Source: Euglena gracilis (lineage: Eukaryota). From it: a DNA stretch of 64,000 nt. The stretch's first letter is position 1; every line of letters starts with the position of its first letter. This document shows positions 26,094-38,435 of the stretch, one piece after another. The translations under genes and the position numbers were made by a program. The DNA lies in contig CP154954.1 of NCBI GenBank assembly GCA_039621445.1, positions 38,897,816-38,961,815 on the forward strand, read 5' to 3'. The notes beneath the pieces are model-generated. The model was not told where the DNA came from, did no database searches, and worked only from the letters and a program-made list of their open reading frames with translations.

Positions 26094-26561
26094 CGAAGAC
26101 ACCTCCCAGCGATTGCGCACACAACGCGAGGGCATGGAAAAGACGCTGGGCACCCTGCGGGAGACGGACCAGGAGGTGTGCGCAAACCATTATGCATTCA
26201 TTTGGTGGTCATTTGTTTCGAGTGGAACGAAGGCCCCCCAAGCGTGGACCGCAACAATGCTTCAAACGAACAAACAACCTCAGAAACACTCCCGGAATAA
26301 TTTTGACGTCCTCTGCCCGGTCATATGGAAGCCACCATCTGTCTAGGTAATAGCACCATGATATACGATAATTTGACACATTTCGCCTTCGTGCAAACTT
26401 GTGAATAAAAAATATTAAGAAAAACACTAAATAAAATACTACATTTACGAGATGAAATGGACAGTGCCCCCCAGGGGCTTCCATCTCTTCCAGCTTCGGT
26501 GTCATCGCAGGTGACCAGAGCGCAGAAGATCCTCGGAGCGTTGCGGCGATGGCCTTTTTGA
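26094..26561 (+). CDS. Divergent duplicate of the Vti1 SNARE-motif exons lacking a transmembrane anchor (possible 3' end of the LRR gene)
   Basis: Exon 26094-26175 (AG/GT, 82 bp) encodes EDTSQRLRTQREGMEKTLGTLRETDQE, 22/27 identical to and the same length as Vti1 exon 32703-32784. Exon 26511-26561 encodes VTRAQKILGALRRWPF-stop, aligning to MTRTRKILSMIQRR of Vti1 exon 6. Confidence 0.75.
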
Positions 26562-28119
26562 CACCTGTGCCGCCCACATCCCTTCTTTGCTTGATGGGAT
26601 ACTCCTTTGATCTTAACCCCCAAATCAAATCTGAGCCTTCTTTCCTTGGCGACGTCAGGGGTCGTAAATTCGGGGAGGGTTTTTCCTCTTTGTTGCCAGG
26701 CTCTATTTTTTTGAGGGGTCGATGCCTTTGGGAGGGATATCCAGCCAAGTGTCTCACTTCCCCCTCTTCATTGTGCTGCCCTTGACCCGTAATATTTTTC
26801 GACTCCGTGTTTGTACAGAACCCGTGTTTGCAAGTTGCACGGGTCCGCTGATGTGTTTCGCTGATGTATCCGCTGATGATGATTTGGTGGCCCCCCTTTG
26901 GGCCGACCACCAAACAGGATCCTATTTCCTGGGGGGTTGTAAGTGGGGGGGGGTTCAGAATTGCTGAAATGTCCAAAACAGCGGACGAAGTATCTTTCGC
27001 TTGTCGGCAAATAAAAAGGTGTGGGTTTTTGAACTTAGGCTGCTTCTTTTTTTTAAATTTGGCGGACCCCGTTGCACGTTGGGGGGGTTGACCCCCCAGA
27101 CATCCGGCGGCATTCCCGCGTTTCCGGGGGCGGCGATTTTCTGGTTGAATTTTTCTTGCAATGCCAAAGAAAAATTTTCCCTTGGTGCGGTGGGGTCGGG
27201 TCAACCACCTCCCCTCAGCAGGCCTTACAGCCCTGGGCGTACAGCCCTGGATTGGTTTGATGGGTCTGCAGCCAAAGCCCCCCCCCCCCTGGGTCAGGGT
27301 TGTCTTAAGCCGGAGGGACCCAACCCCAGGGGGCGGGTCCAGCCAGGCAGCAGCTCCCAGCCGGGCTGCGGACTGTGTCGCCCGGTGTAGCAGTTTCCCC
27401 CACTCCCGTGCATGTCCAAGTTGGGCACCCGGGATGGTCAGTTGACAGTGTGGCCGGATATTGACCAGCTAAACCCTACCGCAAAAGTGTCTCCCGTTCT
27501 GCCTGCCTGCCCACTGTTCCTGTGTCACTTTTTTTGTCACTGGCCGCAATTTCAATTTCCCCCTCTCTCTGCATTGCAGGAGAAGGGCAATCCACCTGCT
27601 GTTTCTCTCAGAGTTCTGACAGCAGAAAAGCATGTCCATCCCCATCTGCCCCTGTAGTAATTTTTTGGCTGCCTGCACACCTATCCCCATGTTGTGGGCA
27701 TTTTCGACCATCTGTTTCCTTCGACCAATTTTTTTCCAAAGCATCTCGAAGATGATGGGAGAATCTAAGGAAGCACCCAGAGACCCGAGGCAAAGCCCTT
27801 GGAACGCCAACGCCAACACCACTTTCCATCCAAAGAGGAACTTTGAGACGTTCCTCTCCTCATTTCGAATGCCACTGTATTACCAAATCCTGTTGCTGCC
27901 AGGATACAATATCACTACCTGGCCACAGGGGGACCGAAAAGAGACAGTCAAGGAGTGGTGGCTGGGCCTGCTCTGGGGTTTGAGGGTTCCATGGCCCGCT
28001 CCTGACAGGAGTGAGTATACCCTTTCGAACCGTGCTGCGGAGCTGGTCCGAACCGTGCATGTGACAGCCCCATTGTGAGACTGACCGATGCGCTCGAGCA
28101 CATTCCGCGGGGCATGCTG

Positions 28120-28144
28120 GTTTTTTCCCGCCCTCCCCCCGCAG
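28120..28144 (+). promoter_or_regulatory. Putative spliced-leader trans-splice acceptor of the Vti1 gene
   Basis: Pyrimidine tract ttttttcccgccctcccccc followed by GCAG, ending 8 nt before the ATG at 28153. Euglenozoan mRNAs are SL trans-spliced (established); use of this site is inferred. Confidence 0.55.
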
Positions 28145-28152
28145 CCCCCGCC

Positions 28153-31100
28153 ATGTCGGAGCTGTTCGAGACGTACGAGCGGGAGTTCTGCGACCTCTCC
28201 GGGGCGATCACATGCGACCTGAATGACCTGCAGACCGGCGCGGCCCGCAGCAAGGCCGGGGCACTGGAGGCGAAGTTCGCCACGCTGCAGGAGTCGCTGC
28301 GCAACATGGAGGTGGAGCTGGCCAGCCTGCCCGTCGCGAAGAAGGCCCGGGCAGGCCGCTGGGCTCTTCCCTGGTCGCTGGGTTGCGCGGTGCTTTTTTT
28401 TCCTTTCACCAGCAGCATCCCTTGGGCAGGCTGCATTGCCGATAAGGTCTCATATGGCACAAAGTGAACACACCCCAACTGCAGGGTGTGCTACTGTTGT
28501 GGAGGGGGTGGACGTGACTGGGGGTTTTGGGGAGTCGTTCAGAAGTCCAGTTGTCGGTTTGCAGTGGCTGCCAGTGAAAGAAATTGATCCCACCAACAGT
28601 AATTTCAGTGTGCGTATGTCTGGGGACGATGTCTGTCATTGGTTTCCCTTGGTGAACAGTTCTGCCCGACGCCCTGCAAGCAGCTCAGTGTACGTCTCCG
28701 CAATTTCCAGGCCAATGCCAACAACCTGAAGAAGGAATTTGAAAAAGCAAAAACAGCTGCAGGTGTGTCCATTATGTCGAACCCTGTCCCGTTCGTGGGG
28801 AGGGGGGCGGCGGCCCGGCAACCCCAGTAGCCGAAGAAATGCACAATCCATTGGAACTGCATATCAGACCCAAAAATACAACAGCAAATACAAAATTCAA
28901 CCAAAATCCAAACCCCCATGAAACTGTGAAGATGCTCCCCAAAATTGGTTGATTTCTGTGTTTATCTGAGTTTGTTTTAATTTTGCCCATCCTTAGTTTG
29001 CTTAAATTGGCATTTTGGAGACAATTTTTGCTCATTGCTCAAAATCCTTCTTTTTGGACTTATTTTGGACACTCCTGTGGGAAAGTTTTATTTCGGCCGA
29101 ATTCTTCATCAAAATCAAAAGTGGACCTCCAAAAATAAGATCCCCCTTGGGATTATCAGCAACCGACCCAAAAGGGAGACCCAGGATATTATTCTGTGGG
29201 GGTATTAAGGTTCCATTTAGACACTGGCATTAGGTTTTGTTGGTATTGGTTTTAGGGTTGTTGCTCATTTTACTTTTTTTTTCCAGCAGTGTTTAGTGGT
29301 GTCCACAGTCATTCAGCAGTGTAGGGGCCAAATTTGGGAGAATTTGCAAACAGGTGCAAAAAAAAAAAAACACTTGAATTTCCCACCTCCTCTTCTGAGC
29401 AATCTGTGGAATGGCCGGAATTCATTGCACCTTCAGTGCTCAAGTCCAGAAAAAAAATTGAACAAAAAATGCGGAAATTGCGGAAACATGAGTGATGGCA
29501 TAAAGTGGAGCCCCCACAGTACCCCACAGTACCCCACAGTACCCCACACACCCCCCACACCCCCCCCACCCCCCCACCCCCCCCCCCCCCACCACCCACC
29601 ACCCCACACCCCCCCCCACACAGCCCCCCACACCCCCCCCCACACTATCCCCCACACTCATGTTGACTGTGCGCAACTGTTCGGGTGTCATTTTTTTGAC
29701 TTACTCAGCCTTCGGCCTCGTCGCGCCGCGGCCTTCGGCCTCGTCGCACCGCGGCCTTCGGCCGCGGCCCGGGGGGGGGGGGGGGGGGCCCCCCCCGGAC
29801 CCCCCCCCCCAGAACCAAAATAACATCATCCCCTTGGGTGTGCAATGCAAGGGAAAGAAAATCCACTTCCCTCAGATTTGGCACCCCCCCCACACACCCC
29901 ACACTACCCCCCCCAAACACCCCCCACACCCCCCCACCCCCCCCCCCACACTACACCCCCCTCACACCCCCCCAAACCCCCCCACACCCCCCCACACACC
30001 CTCCCACCCCCCCCACACTACCCCCCCCACACCCCCCACACACCCCCCCACACACCCCCCCACACCCCCCCACACACCCTCCCACACTACCACCCCCCAC
30101 ACTACCCCCCCCACACACCCCCCACTCACCCCCCACTCCCCCCCCCCCACACCCCCACACACACCCCCCACACACACCCCCCACACACCCTCCCACACCC
30201 CCCACCCCCTCCCACAACCCCCCCACCCCCCCCCCCACCCCCCCCACACCCCCCCCCCCCACCCCCCCCACCCCCCCCCCCCCCCCACTACCCCCCCCCC
30301 CCCCCACAACCCCCCCCCCCCCCGAACCCCCCCCCCCCCCACCCCCCCACACACACCCCCACACCCCCCCCCCTCACACCCCCCCACCCCCCCCCCACCC
30401 CCCCCCCCCCCCACCCTACCCACACTCCCCCCCCCCCCCCCCACCCCCCCCCCCACACTCCCCCCCACACCCCCCCAACCCCCCCCTCCCCCCCCACCCC
30501 CCCCCCCCACCCCCCCACAACCCCCCCCCCAACCCCCCCAACCCCCCCACCCCCCCCCCCCCCCCCACGTACACCCCCCCACACCACCACCCACGCTCAT
30601 GTTGACCGCTCTCAACTTTTCGGGTGTCATTTTTTTTTATCAGCTCGGCCTGCGGCCTCGTCGGGCGGCGGGCTTCGGTCGCGGCCCAGGGGGAGGCGCC
30701 CCCCGGACCCCCACCAGAACCAAAATAACATCATCCCCTTGTGTGTGCAAGGCAAGGGAAAGAAAATCTCCACTTTCCTCAGATTTGGCACCCCCCCACA
30801 CAACCCCCCACACTACCCCCCCCCCCCCCCCCACCCCCCACACCCCCCACACCCCCCCCACACACCCCCCCCACCCACCCCCACCCCAACCCACACTCCC
30901 CCCCTCCCACACCCACCCCCACCCTCCCCCCCCCACACCCACCACCCCCCCACACCCCCCACTACCCCCCCCCACACATACCCCCACACCCCACCCCCAC
31001 ACACCCCACACACCCCCCCACACCCCCCCCAACCCCCACACACACACCCCCCAACCCCCACACACCCCACACCCCCCCCACACCCCCCCCCACACTACCC

Positions 31101-34100
31101 CCCACAACCCCCCCCACACTGCCCCCCCACACCCCCCCGCACTACCCCCCCACACCCCCCCACACTACCAACAATATTTGATTTCATTTTTAGCTCACAG
31201 AAGAAAGCTTCCAAGAAAAAAACCCCCGATGCGTCGTCACTGGGTTTGCACCCCCCACCTGCCACTAACCCAGGGGTATCTGGGACCCCCCCAAAGGTCA
31301 AATTTCCCTTCTGGCGCTCGGGCGGAATATTTTGGGGATTTTTGGCAGATTTTTCCCCAAAGTGCCCAAAATGGTTCTTTTGGCCGACTTTGAGGGGCAA
31401 AAAATTCGGCCTGGTGCTTTGTGCCCACCCGAATGTCGGCCACCTACCCAGACCGTTCCACTGTGCAGGAGGGGTCCCCCCCCCGCTGCTGGACCGGAGG
31501 AGGGGTCCGACCCCCCCCAACCTGCCCTTATATCAAACCCTGGGCTGGGACTGTCGGAATGCCTCCCTCCTGCACGAGCAGTCGGCGGAAGTGATCTTCC
31601 CAGTCAGGGATCGTGGCTTATGCCTGATGGTCACACCATTCGCAGCCTCCCCCCTCCCCCCCCACCAGCCACCCACCCCTTCTCGATGCTGGTGTTGCTG
31701 CAGGGCGGAAGGAGCTCGTCGGTGGCTCTGCAAACCGCTACATTTCGCCCCAGGACGAGGACCACAGGTGGCAGTCTCTGCCCCCCCATTGCCCCGTCAC
31801 ATGTGATTGGGACGTTGCAGATTGTGGGACCGGCTGGGCTGTGGGCTTGCCCGCTTACCCATGGAAGGTGCATATTTCCGAACATTTAAAAAAGACGACT
31901 TTTTGTTGCACTATGGACCTTCCACGTCGTTCTAAAAATGGAATCTGCCTTTTTGAGTTTGAGTTTGTTTCGTCAATTTGTCCTTTTTGCTGCATTTATT
32001 GAGGTCGATGCTGCGTTCACCCTCCCCCTCCCCCCTCTACAGAACATTGGAAACCTCGTGGCGGCCTGGGCATCCGTTCCCCGTGGTTGCAGGGAGCGGC
32101 TGCAGGCCAACACGGACCGCTTGTCCAAGCAGAACGAGACACTGAAGAACGCCCGCCGCCTAGTGGCGGAGATGGAGGACCTCGGGTGTGTGAGTTTGTG
32201 CGCGTGCACACGCATGCATGGGTGCATGGGAGTGGGTGTGGGTGTGGGTGTGGGTGTGGGTGTGGGCGTGGGTGTGGGTGTGGGTGTGGGTGTGGGTGTG
32301 TGTGGATGTGGGTGTGGGTGTGGGTGTGGGTGTGTGGGTGTGGGTGTGGGTGTGTGTCTGTCTGTCTGTTTGTCTGTGTAAGTACGTCGGAGAGCTCAAA
32401 ACCAGCGGCATCCTCCATCCCCATGGCTGATGGGGAATGCCCGAACCCCTATGGGTGGTGAGAGGTGGTCCGCCCCACCTTGCGTGGTGACATGGTGGGT
32501 CGACCCACCCCCTCTGCCTCCTCCCGGGGGAGGAGGCGTCTGACCGGAAAAGCATCGCCAGGCCAAAAGAGGGGATTAACGGCACCAAACAAACAGCCGC
32601 AATGCACACGGGGGGGGGTCTCCCCCAACCAGGCCTTCCCGCCCTGCCGTGCCCGTCCCCGCCGTGGGCGGCCCCTACCTGCCCCCCCCCCCCGGCCGCC
32701 AGGGAGGACACGTCCAGCCGCCTGCGGCAGCAGCGGGAGGGGATGGAGCGGACGCTGGGCACCGTGCGGGAGACCAACCAGGAGGTGTGGGGGGGAGGGT
32801 GCTTGCGGGCGGGGTGGGTTGGGTTGGGTTGGGTTTCCCTCGATGAGGTGTTCTGTCTTTTCCAGAATTATCAGTAGCGACCCTGACTGCAATCACAAAC
32901 CACCCACACAAATCACACAGACCCGTGCCCATGAGCTTCCTGGAAATGAAAAGCTGAACAACAACCAAAATTCTATCGAAATCTTCTATCGAAATTCTTC
33001 AACAGAAATGGTAGCACGGTATGTGCCCTGAGTTCAGTTCAATTCGCCCCCTCAAAACCCCCCCTTGCTTGAATGTTTTTGCAATCCCTTCATTGTAAGC
33101 TGGTTGATTCGAAACTCTCCTGGTGGGAGGGGTACGCGCGGAGGAGGGAGGCTGGGCTCAGGGTTTTTTTTTTAGCCTTGGACCCCAGGGGGGTAGGGTG
33201 GGTGGGTCCGGCCGAGCCCCCCACCCCCCCCCCTGGGGGGGTCCCCCCAGAGGGGGGTGGGATATACTTTTTGGCTCCCGAGTGCACCGAAATTTTTTGA
33301 AAAAAGGTGCTATTCTTAGCATTTTTTTGCGATTTTTTTAGCTTTTTCGGGGAAAGGTCCCCCGGGACCCCCCCCCTGCCCCCCCCAGGGGCGGGTGGAT
33401 GGGGGACCCCCCTCTCCCCCCAGTCTTAAAAAACCGCTGGCTGCCCTTGACAGGAATCCTATGGGTGGCGCGCCGACTCCCCCCCCCCCTCCATCTCCTT
33501 GGTGGGACGGGTTCGGGCCCTTTATTCAGGGGCGTCGGTTTTTGAGGCCATGACCTTCCCCGGGTGCTTTTGGAGCCAAAGGACTTTACCTTTGCGACGT
33601 TGCGGTGGGCTTGGAGGGGTCCGACTACCCCCCCCTTCCTCCCGGGTTTGGCTCTCTTCCAGGCGTACCTCAAAGTTTTGGGCTGCAGGATTGCACCGCC
33701 GGTGGATTGGGGCCCCTTTGCCAGGCCTCAGGAACCGGCGTCCCCGGGCAGCCTCGCAGACCCCGTCGTGCGCTGCCCGGCGGCGTATGACTGACCCCCC
33801 CCTGCGCCGCTGCAGATGACGCGGACGCGCAAGATCCTGTCCATGATCCAGCGGCGGTCGCTCATGAACAAGCTGATCATCATCGCCGTCATCCTGGTCC
33901 TCACGCTGACCGTCTTCCTCATCGTCTATTTTGGGCGGGCCGGCCCTCAAAACGTTTTGGCTGCAGGTCGAACCTGTGCTCCGGTGGCAATGATATGTTG
34001 GTCGAGCGGTATCCTGTCACCCAACAAGAGAAGTCGGGCTTGCTGGGACGACACTCATCACCACCACTCTTTCCTTCCACATGGGGCACTGGTTTTTTAC

Positions 34101-34716
34101 GTCCCCTCGGTGCCTTCTCCGCCGAAGGAAAATTTTTTTGGCTTCCTTTCTCGGGTGGAGGGTTTCAATCAACGCCTCCACCGAATTTTTTCCCATCAAC
34201 ACCTCCTTTCTGTGCAACCCTGTGCATCCTCCGATTTTTCAGTGCAAAACTGCCGCAGTTTTTGAAGAAATTAACTGACCCCCCCCCCACCCAGAGGAGA
34301 CCCAAGGGTAGTGGGTTGGGTCCGAGTCAAGCCCTTGCAAGGCCCATATTTTTTTGATACTTGGAGAGCACTGCCGCCGTGATGGAACCAGCCTTCGCTG
34401 CTCTCCTCTCGCAGCAGTTGCCATCCCATACCCTCCCTAATGGTCTTCACACCCCATTGACCAGTGTTTGGGTTCGGGGCTGCCCATCGGACGAACCTCA
34501 ATTCCCAGCGCTGGGGGCCCTTGCCCGGCGCAGCGGCGGGGGGGGGGGGGGGGCGGGGAGCAGCCCCGGCTCTCTCCGTTGCTCCGCCCGTTTGGCCGGC
34601 CCGGGGCCAAGTGGATCGCCCCCCTCTTCAACAACACCGTCACGCCGCCTCCTACCACCCCGCCGACGCCGTCGCCCTCCCCTTCCGTGGCGGACGGTGG
34701 CCAGGCGTCTTCTTGA
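28153..34716 (+). CDS. VTI1: Vti1-like Qb-SNARE (vesicle transport v-SNARE), 7 exons, 246 aa
   Basis: Exons 28153-28348, 28682-28762, 31704-31767, 32093-32185, 32703-32784, 33816-33932 and 34609-34716 join in frame. Habc N-terminus MSELFETYEREFCDLS..LRNMEVELASLP..KAQLSVRLRNFQANANNLKKEFEK; SNARE motif ..RERLQANTDRLSKQNETLKNARRLVAEMEDLGEDTSSRLRQQRE..RKILSMIQRRSLMNK; TM LIIIAVILVLTLTVFLIVYF; P/T/S-rich tail. Introns 2-5 are GT-AG; introns 1 and 6 are nonconventional. Confidence 0.9.
28349..28681 (+). other. Euglenid nonconventional intron (Vti1 intron 1)
   Basis: Boundaries C|GGGCAG...CTGCAAGC|A. +4..6 CAG pairs with -8..-6 CTG and the stem extends imperfectly (gcaggccgctgggc / gcccgacgccctgc). 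Removal gives in-frame KKAQLSVR. A weak GC-AG alternative a few nt away cannot be excluded. Confidence 0.75.
29520..31170. repeat. Poly-C/CA low-complexity array with a duplicated ~200-bp spacer (Vti1 intron 2)
   Basis: Three C-rich blocks separated by two similar spacers (~29656-29885 and ~30596-30792; both contain cagaaccaaaataacatcatcccctt..ctcagatttggcacc). Confidence 0.9.
32232..32355. repeat. (GTGGGT)n microsatellite in Vti1 intron 4
   Basis: Directly visible. Other simple repeats: (CA)n at ~7473-7512, ~35822-35950 and ~56460-56650; (TA)/(TG)n at ~24690-24825. Confidence 0.95.
33159..33439. mobile_element. hAT-like MITE (family also at 59637-59898 and partially at ~53990-54190)
   Basis: Termini CAGGGTTTTTTT..AAAAAACCGCTG; degenerate 8-bp flanks gctgggct/gctgccct; internal sequence shared with the other copies. 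Confidence 0.65.
33933..34608 (+). other. Euglenid nonconventional intron (Vti1 intron 6)
   Basis: Boundaries T|GGGCGGGCCGGCC...GGCCGGCCCGGGGCC|A. Perfect 10-bp stem between +4..+13 and -15..-6; removal gives VYF|KWIAPLF. Confidence 0.8.
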
Positions 34717-35847
34717 TGCGGAAGACCCCCGGGGGGGCGTCGGGCCTGGACCCCTCAGGGAAGCCCTCCGGTTTCGAGGTACGTGGTGGGGGATGGGTCC
34801 TGACCCCCAAATCAGGCCGTCTGAAAGGCATTTCCCAAAGAATTTTCTGTCGCTTTGAGCCGAAAGTTTCCATGGGTTTCGGCTTTTGCTCGGAAACCCA
34901 GGAAGGAGGGATGTAAGGGAACCCCGGAGGGGGGTGGTGGGCCTGGCCCCCCCCAACACAGAGGGGGGTTCATCCCTCATAAGGCTTAAAACTGAGGGGG
35001 AAAAGCATCTTTTTTGATTTCCCGGTGCGCAGCGGGGGGGGGAATTTTCACTGGTTTTGGAATCTGCCAAGGGGGGACGGGGGGGGGTCCCGACACAGCA
35101 TCCAGGGGCATCTGGGCTTTACCCCCTCGCAGGAGGGGGCCTCAAAAGAAGCCTGACGGGGGCATCGTCGCCCCGCCCGCCTCCAGCCCAGAGCCGCTGC
35201 CCACGCGCCGGGCTGCGGTCCTGCAGAGCCTCGGCGCCCGGTTCCGGCTGCGCGGGTAAGCCAGCGGGCTGGCTTGCCAGGGGCCCGGTTCCGTGTTCAG
35301 TCGCTGTGCCACGGTGGTTTCGGATGCGGGAGCTCTCATTGTCCCAGAAGCTTTCAGCGGCCGGACCTCCTCCATTTGGGGGGTCAGTTGAAATTAAGTG
35401 AAACTCAGCCCAACCAGGTTGGCTGAATTTTTTTGGCCACAAAGTGCACAATGTTTTTGAAAACAGAGGTTGGAAACGATGAAAAAAGGGTGCAAGCGGT
35501 TTGGAGGCTTTTCCATCAGAAAACCCATTTTGCCACAGAGTCATTAAAGACTTGCAGCTTGGAAAACGCGTTGGCTGGGAAGAAGGTTCTGGCAAGCCCA
35601 TAGAGACTGGCCGGCCGGCTGCTCAGACCTCCAAAGTGACTCCAAAACCATAGAACACACTCAAAATTAGTTTCAGTCTCTCTCTTTTCCCATTTGCTTC
35701 CAGAATGGTTCTGTATTTGACTTGTTTTTTTCCTGGGGGGGTTGGCTTTTATTGGAGGCAGAAGTTTTCCTTGGTGTGCCCACCCATTCAGACGCCAGCA
35801 AATGCACAGACACGCGCGACAAACACACACACACACACACACACACA

Positions 35848-35879
<32 letters not shown>

Positions 35880-36657
35880 CAGCACAGCACATACACAGCA
35901 CACACACTCACACGCTCGCGCGCGCACACATGCATACACATGCGCACACGGACTCATGCCCACACAACACTCGCAGGCACACCCACTTGCACCCCCCCCC
36001 CCCACACACGCAGAGCCGTCCTGGCCTTGCCACTCAGGTGCTCCTGCTTTTTGCCCACTTCTCTGTTTTTGTGTCCCTTCGAACCCCTCCCCCCTGACCC
36101 ATTGCTCCGCTTCCCTGACAATGTCGGTGCGGCGGGTGCTTATTTTCCAAGGTCCTCTTGCACAAAGCCCATGGCATGCCGATGCCAAAGGGGAGTCTTT
36201 GGAGGGATGGGATGGTGGCAGCGCTTCCCAGCCCCGTTCCTCCACCCCAGCAATTCCTTTCCAGTTTCATAAAAGGGGGAATGGGTAGTGCCAACACATG
36301 GACAGGCAACGCACTTTGGGTAAAACACCCTGTGATTTATATGGCAGTAGTCAACATTTGAGCCGTCACTAAGGAACAACCTCCGCCGTCCGGCATAGTT
36401 CACAAGCAATCGTACTACGAAAAAAATTGCAAACAATCGCATTTTCTGCATTATTTTGCATATTCATATTTTGCTTTTCCGTCTTCTGGGGGGACACTTG
36501 CACAGGCAAACTGCTCTTCAACCAGACAACTGGAGGTTGCATATTTCACATTTTTGGACCAATTTCACATTAACAACAGTTACAAAATGAAATATACCTT
36601 CTCCTTCCCATGTCTCAGCACCGGAAAGGATGGGTGAGGACCAGGGGGGTGAGGGTG

Positions 36658-37139
36658 CAGGGGGGGGGGGAAATGCGTTTCGCATTTTTTCGCATTTTTG
36701 CACATTTTTTGCGCATTTTTTCAATTTTTCCAAAAGTGCGCATTTTTTGCGCATTTTTTTCGCATTTTTTGCGCATTTTTTTCGTTTTTTTTTCAGCACA
36801 TTTTTTTTTGTTTTTTGGCACATTTTTTCGTGATTTTCAAAATTTTCGCATTTTTTTTGACCATTTTTGCAATTTTTTGCAAAAATTTGAAATTTTTGAC
36901 TTTTTTGAAACGTACATTTTCCTCATTATTCTACATAATTTCTTCAATTTTGGTGCTATTTTTGCATGTTTTTGGGTAATTTTTGCATTTTCGTGATTTT
37001 TGCGCATTTTTTCTCGGATTTTGCACATTTTTGCGCATTTTTTCCAAAAATGCGCATTTTTTGCGCTTTTTTTTTGCGCATTTTTGCGCATTTTTGCGCA
37101 TTTTTTCCGAGGCCGGGCGAGCGCATTCCCCCCCCCCTG
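36658..37139. mobile_element. MITE with CAG(G)n TIRs and internal (TTTTTGCGCA)-like repeats
   Basis: Termini CAG(G)nAAATGCG..CGCATT(C)nTG; exact 7-bp flanking repeat gagggtg. Related ends at ~46678 and ~48740 and a similar element at ~6336-6815. Confidence 0.7.
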
Positions 37140-38239
37140 GAGGGTGTTTTGACAACTGGGGAAAAACTGAATGTTAAAAAAAATCCAGTCCTTCGTGCCG
37201 AAAAGGGGTCCACTGTTGAAATTACAGGAATTTGTATGAAAAAGATCGCCGATATCTTCGGAAGTTGCGGAACTGTCGAATTTTTATGTCTCTTAAAAAC
37301 TCTTTTAAAAACACATGCAAAATGAGGCACCCCAGAGGATGACCTTCTAAAAACATGGGCAAGGACCGGGGGGAGTGCTCAAGGGTGGTAGAGCCCCCTG
37401 ATAAGTGCGCAGTGCCCTAAAGATGCGTGCCCTGATCAGTACGCACCCCCGAAGGGTGCGAAACTGCCTCCCTAAAAAGTGCCCCCAAAACCCCCCAAAA
37501 GTGCTCCCCCTCAAAAAAGAGAAACCGCCATCATATCCCGGTCGGAAAACACACACAATTATGCTGAAGGCCCACTAACTGTCCTCCCCAGACCAAATGC
37601 TTCCATCGTCCGAGCCCAAATTTGACACATAATCACTTTTTTTTTGGCTCATTGCTTAACATCACAAGAAGGGGGAAAAGCCTGAAAAAGAGCTGGGAAA
37701 ATTATATATTTTGTGCTTTACCCTAACAATTGCGCAGTGCCCTCATAAGTGCGCACCCCTTCGGGATCGGGAAATTGTACAGCCCCCGAGAGCTCCTGAA
37801 AGGAAATCAATTCAATTTACATTTTTCGTTTTTTTTTGCTTTTTTGTTGGCATTTTTTGCATTTTATTTCAAAAAATTTTGCTTTGAATGTTTGAGGGGA
37901 ATATTTCCCTCAGTGGAAAATCTTCCCTGAAGGAGGTGAGCTGGGAGCTCCTGAAGGATTTCATGTGTGCAACTTTTTTTGAGTTGTTTTTGCATTTATT
38001 GGTGTTTTTTGCGGCACGTTTTTCGAGCATCCCCTGATGGGAACAAGACAATCAACAGAGTAAGCTTGGTTTGTTTATGGCCCTCTTGAGCGATGTGTGG
38101 GGTGGGAGAGCATACCCACCTCCTCTGCGCGCCTGCATTGTTGCTGTGGAGTGGGCTGCATGCTTGCCAGCCTCTGCCCAGCCCCCGGGACCAAGCACCT
38201 GTGACACTGAATGGGTGTGGAACTTGACCGGGCGCAACT

Positions 38240-38435
38240 GCGCGTGATTGTGTGTGACTGTGTGTGATCGGACGTGACTGCACGCGATTGTGTGTGACTG
38301 CACGTGACCAGCGTGACTGCAAGTGATTGTGTGTGAATGCATGTGACCAGACGTGACTGCGCGTGATTGTGTGTCACTGCATGTGACCGGACGTGACTGC
38401 GCGTGATTGTGTGTGACTGCATGTGACCGGACGTG
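38240..38435. repeat. ~40-bp minisatellite, about 5 copies
   Basis: Unit gcgtgattgtgtgtgactgcatgtgaccggacgtgactgc repeated in tandem with variation. Confidence 0.85.

Noticed and set aside
29660-31806. 577-aa and 653-aa Pro/His/Thr-rich ORFs resembling extensins
   Set aside because: Open in several frames because of poly-C/CA composition, and located inside Vti1 intron 2.
33816-34265. Read-through C-terminus of Vti1 (149-aa ORF)
   Set aside because: Coding-like codon bias stops at 33932, and a perfect 10-bp intron stem links it to the exon at 34609.
36610-37330. Phe-rich and Lys-rich ORFs
   Set aside because: Translations of the (TTTTTGCGCA)-type MITE interior.
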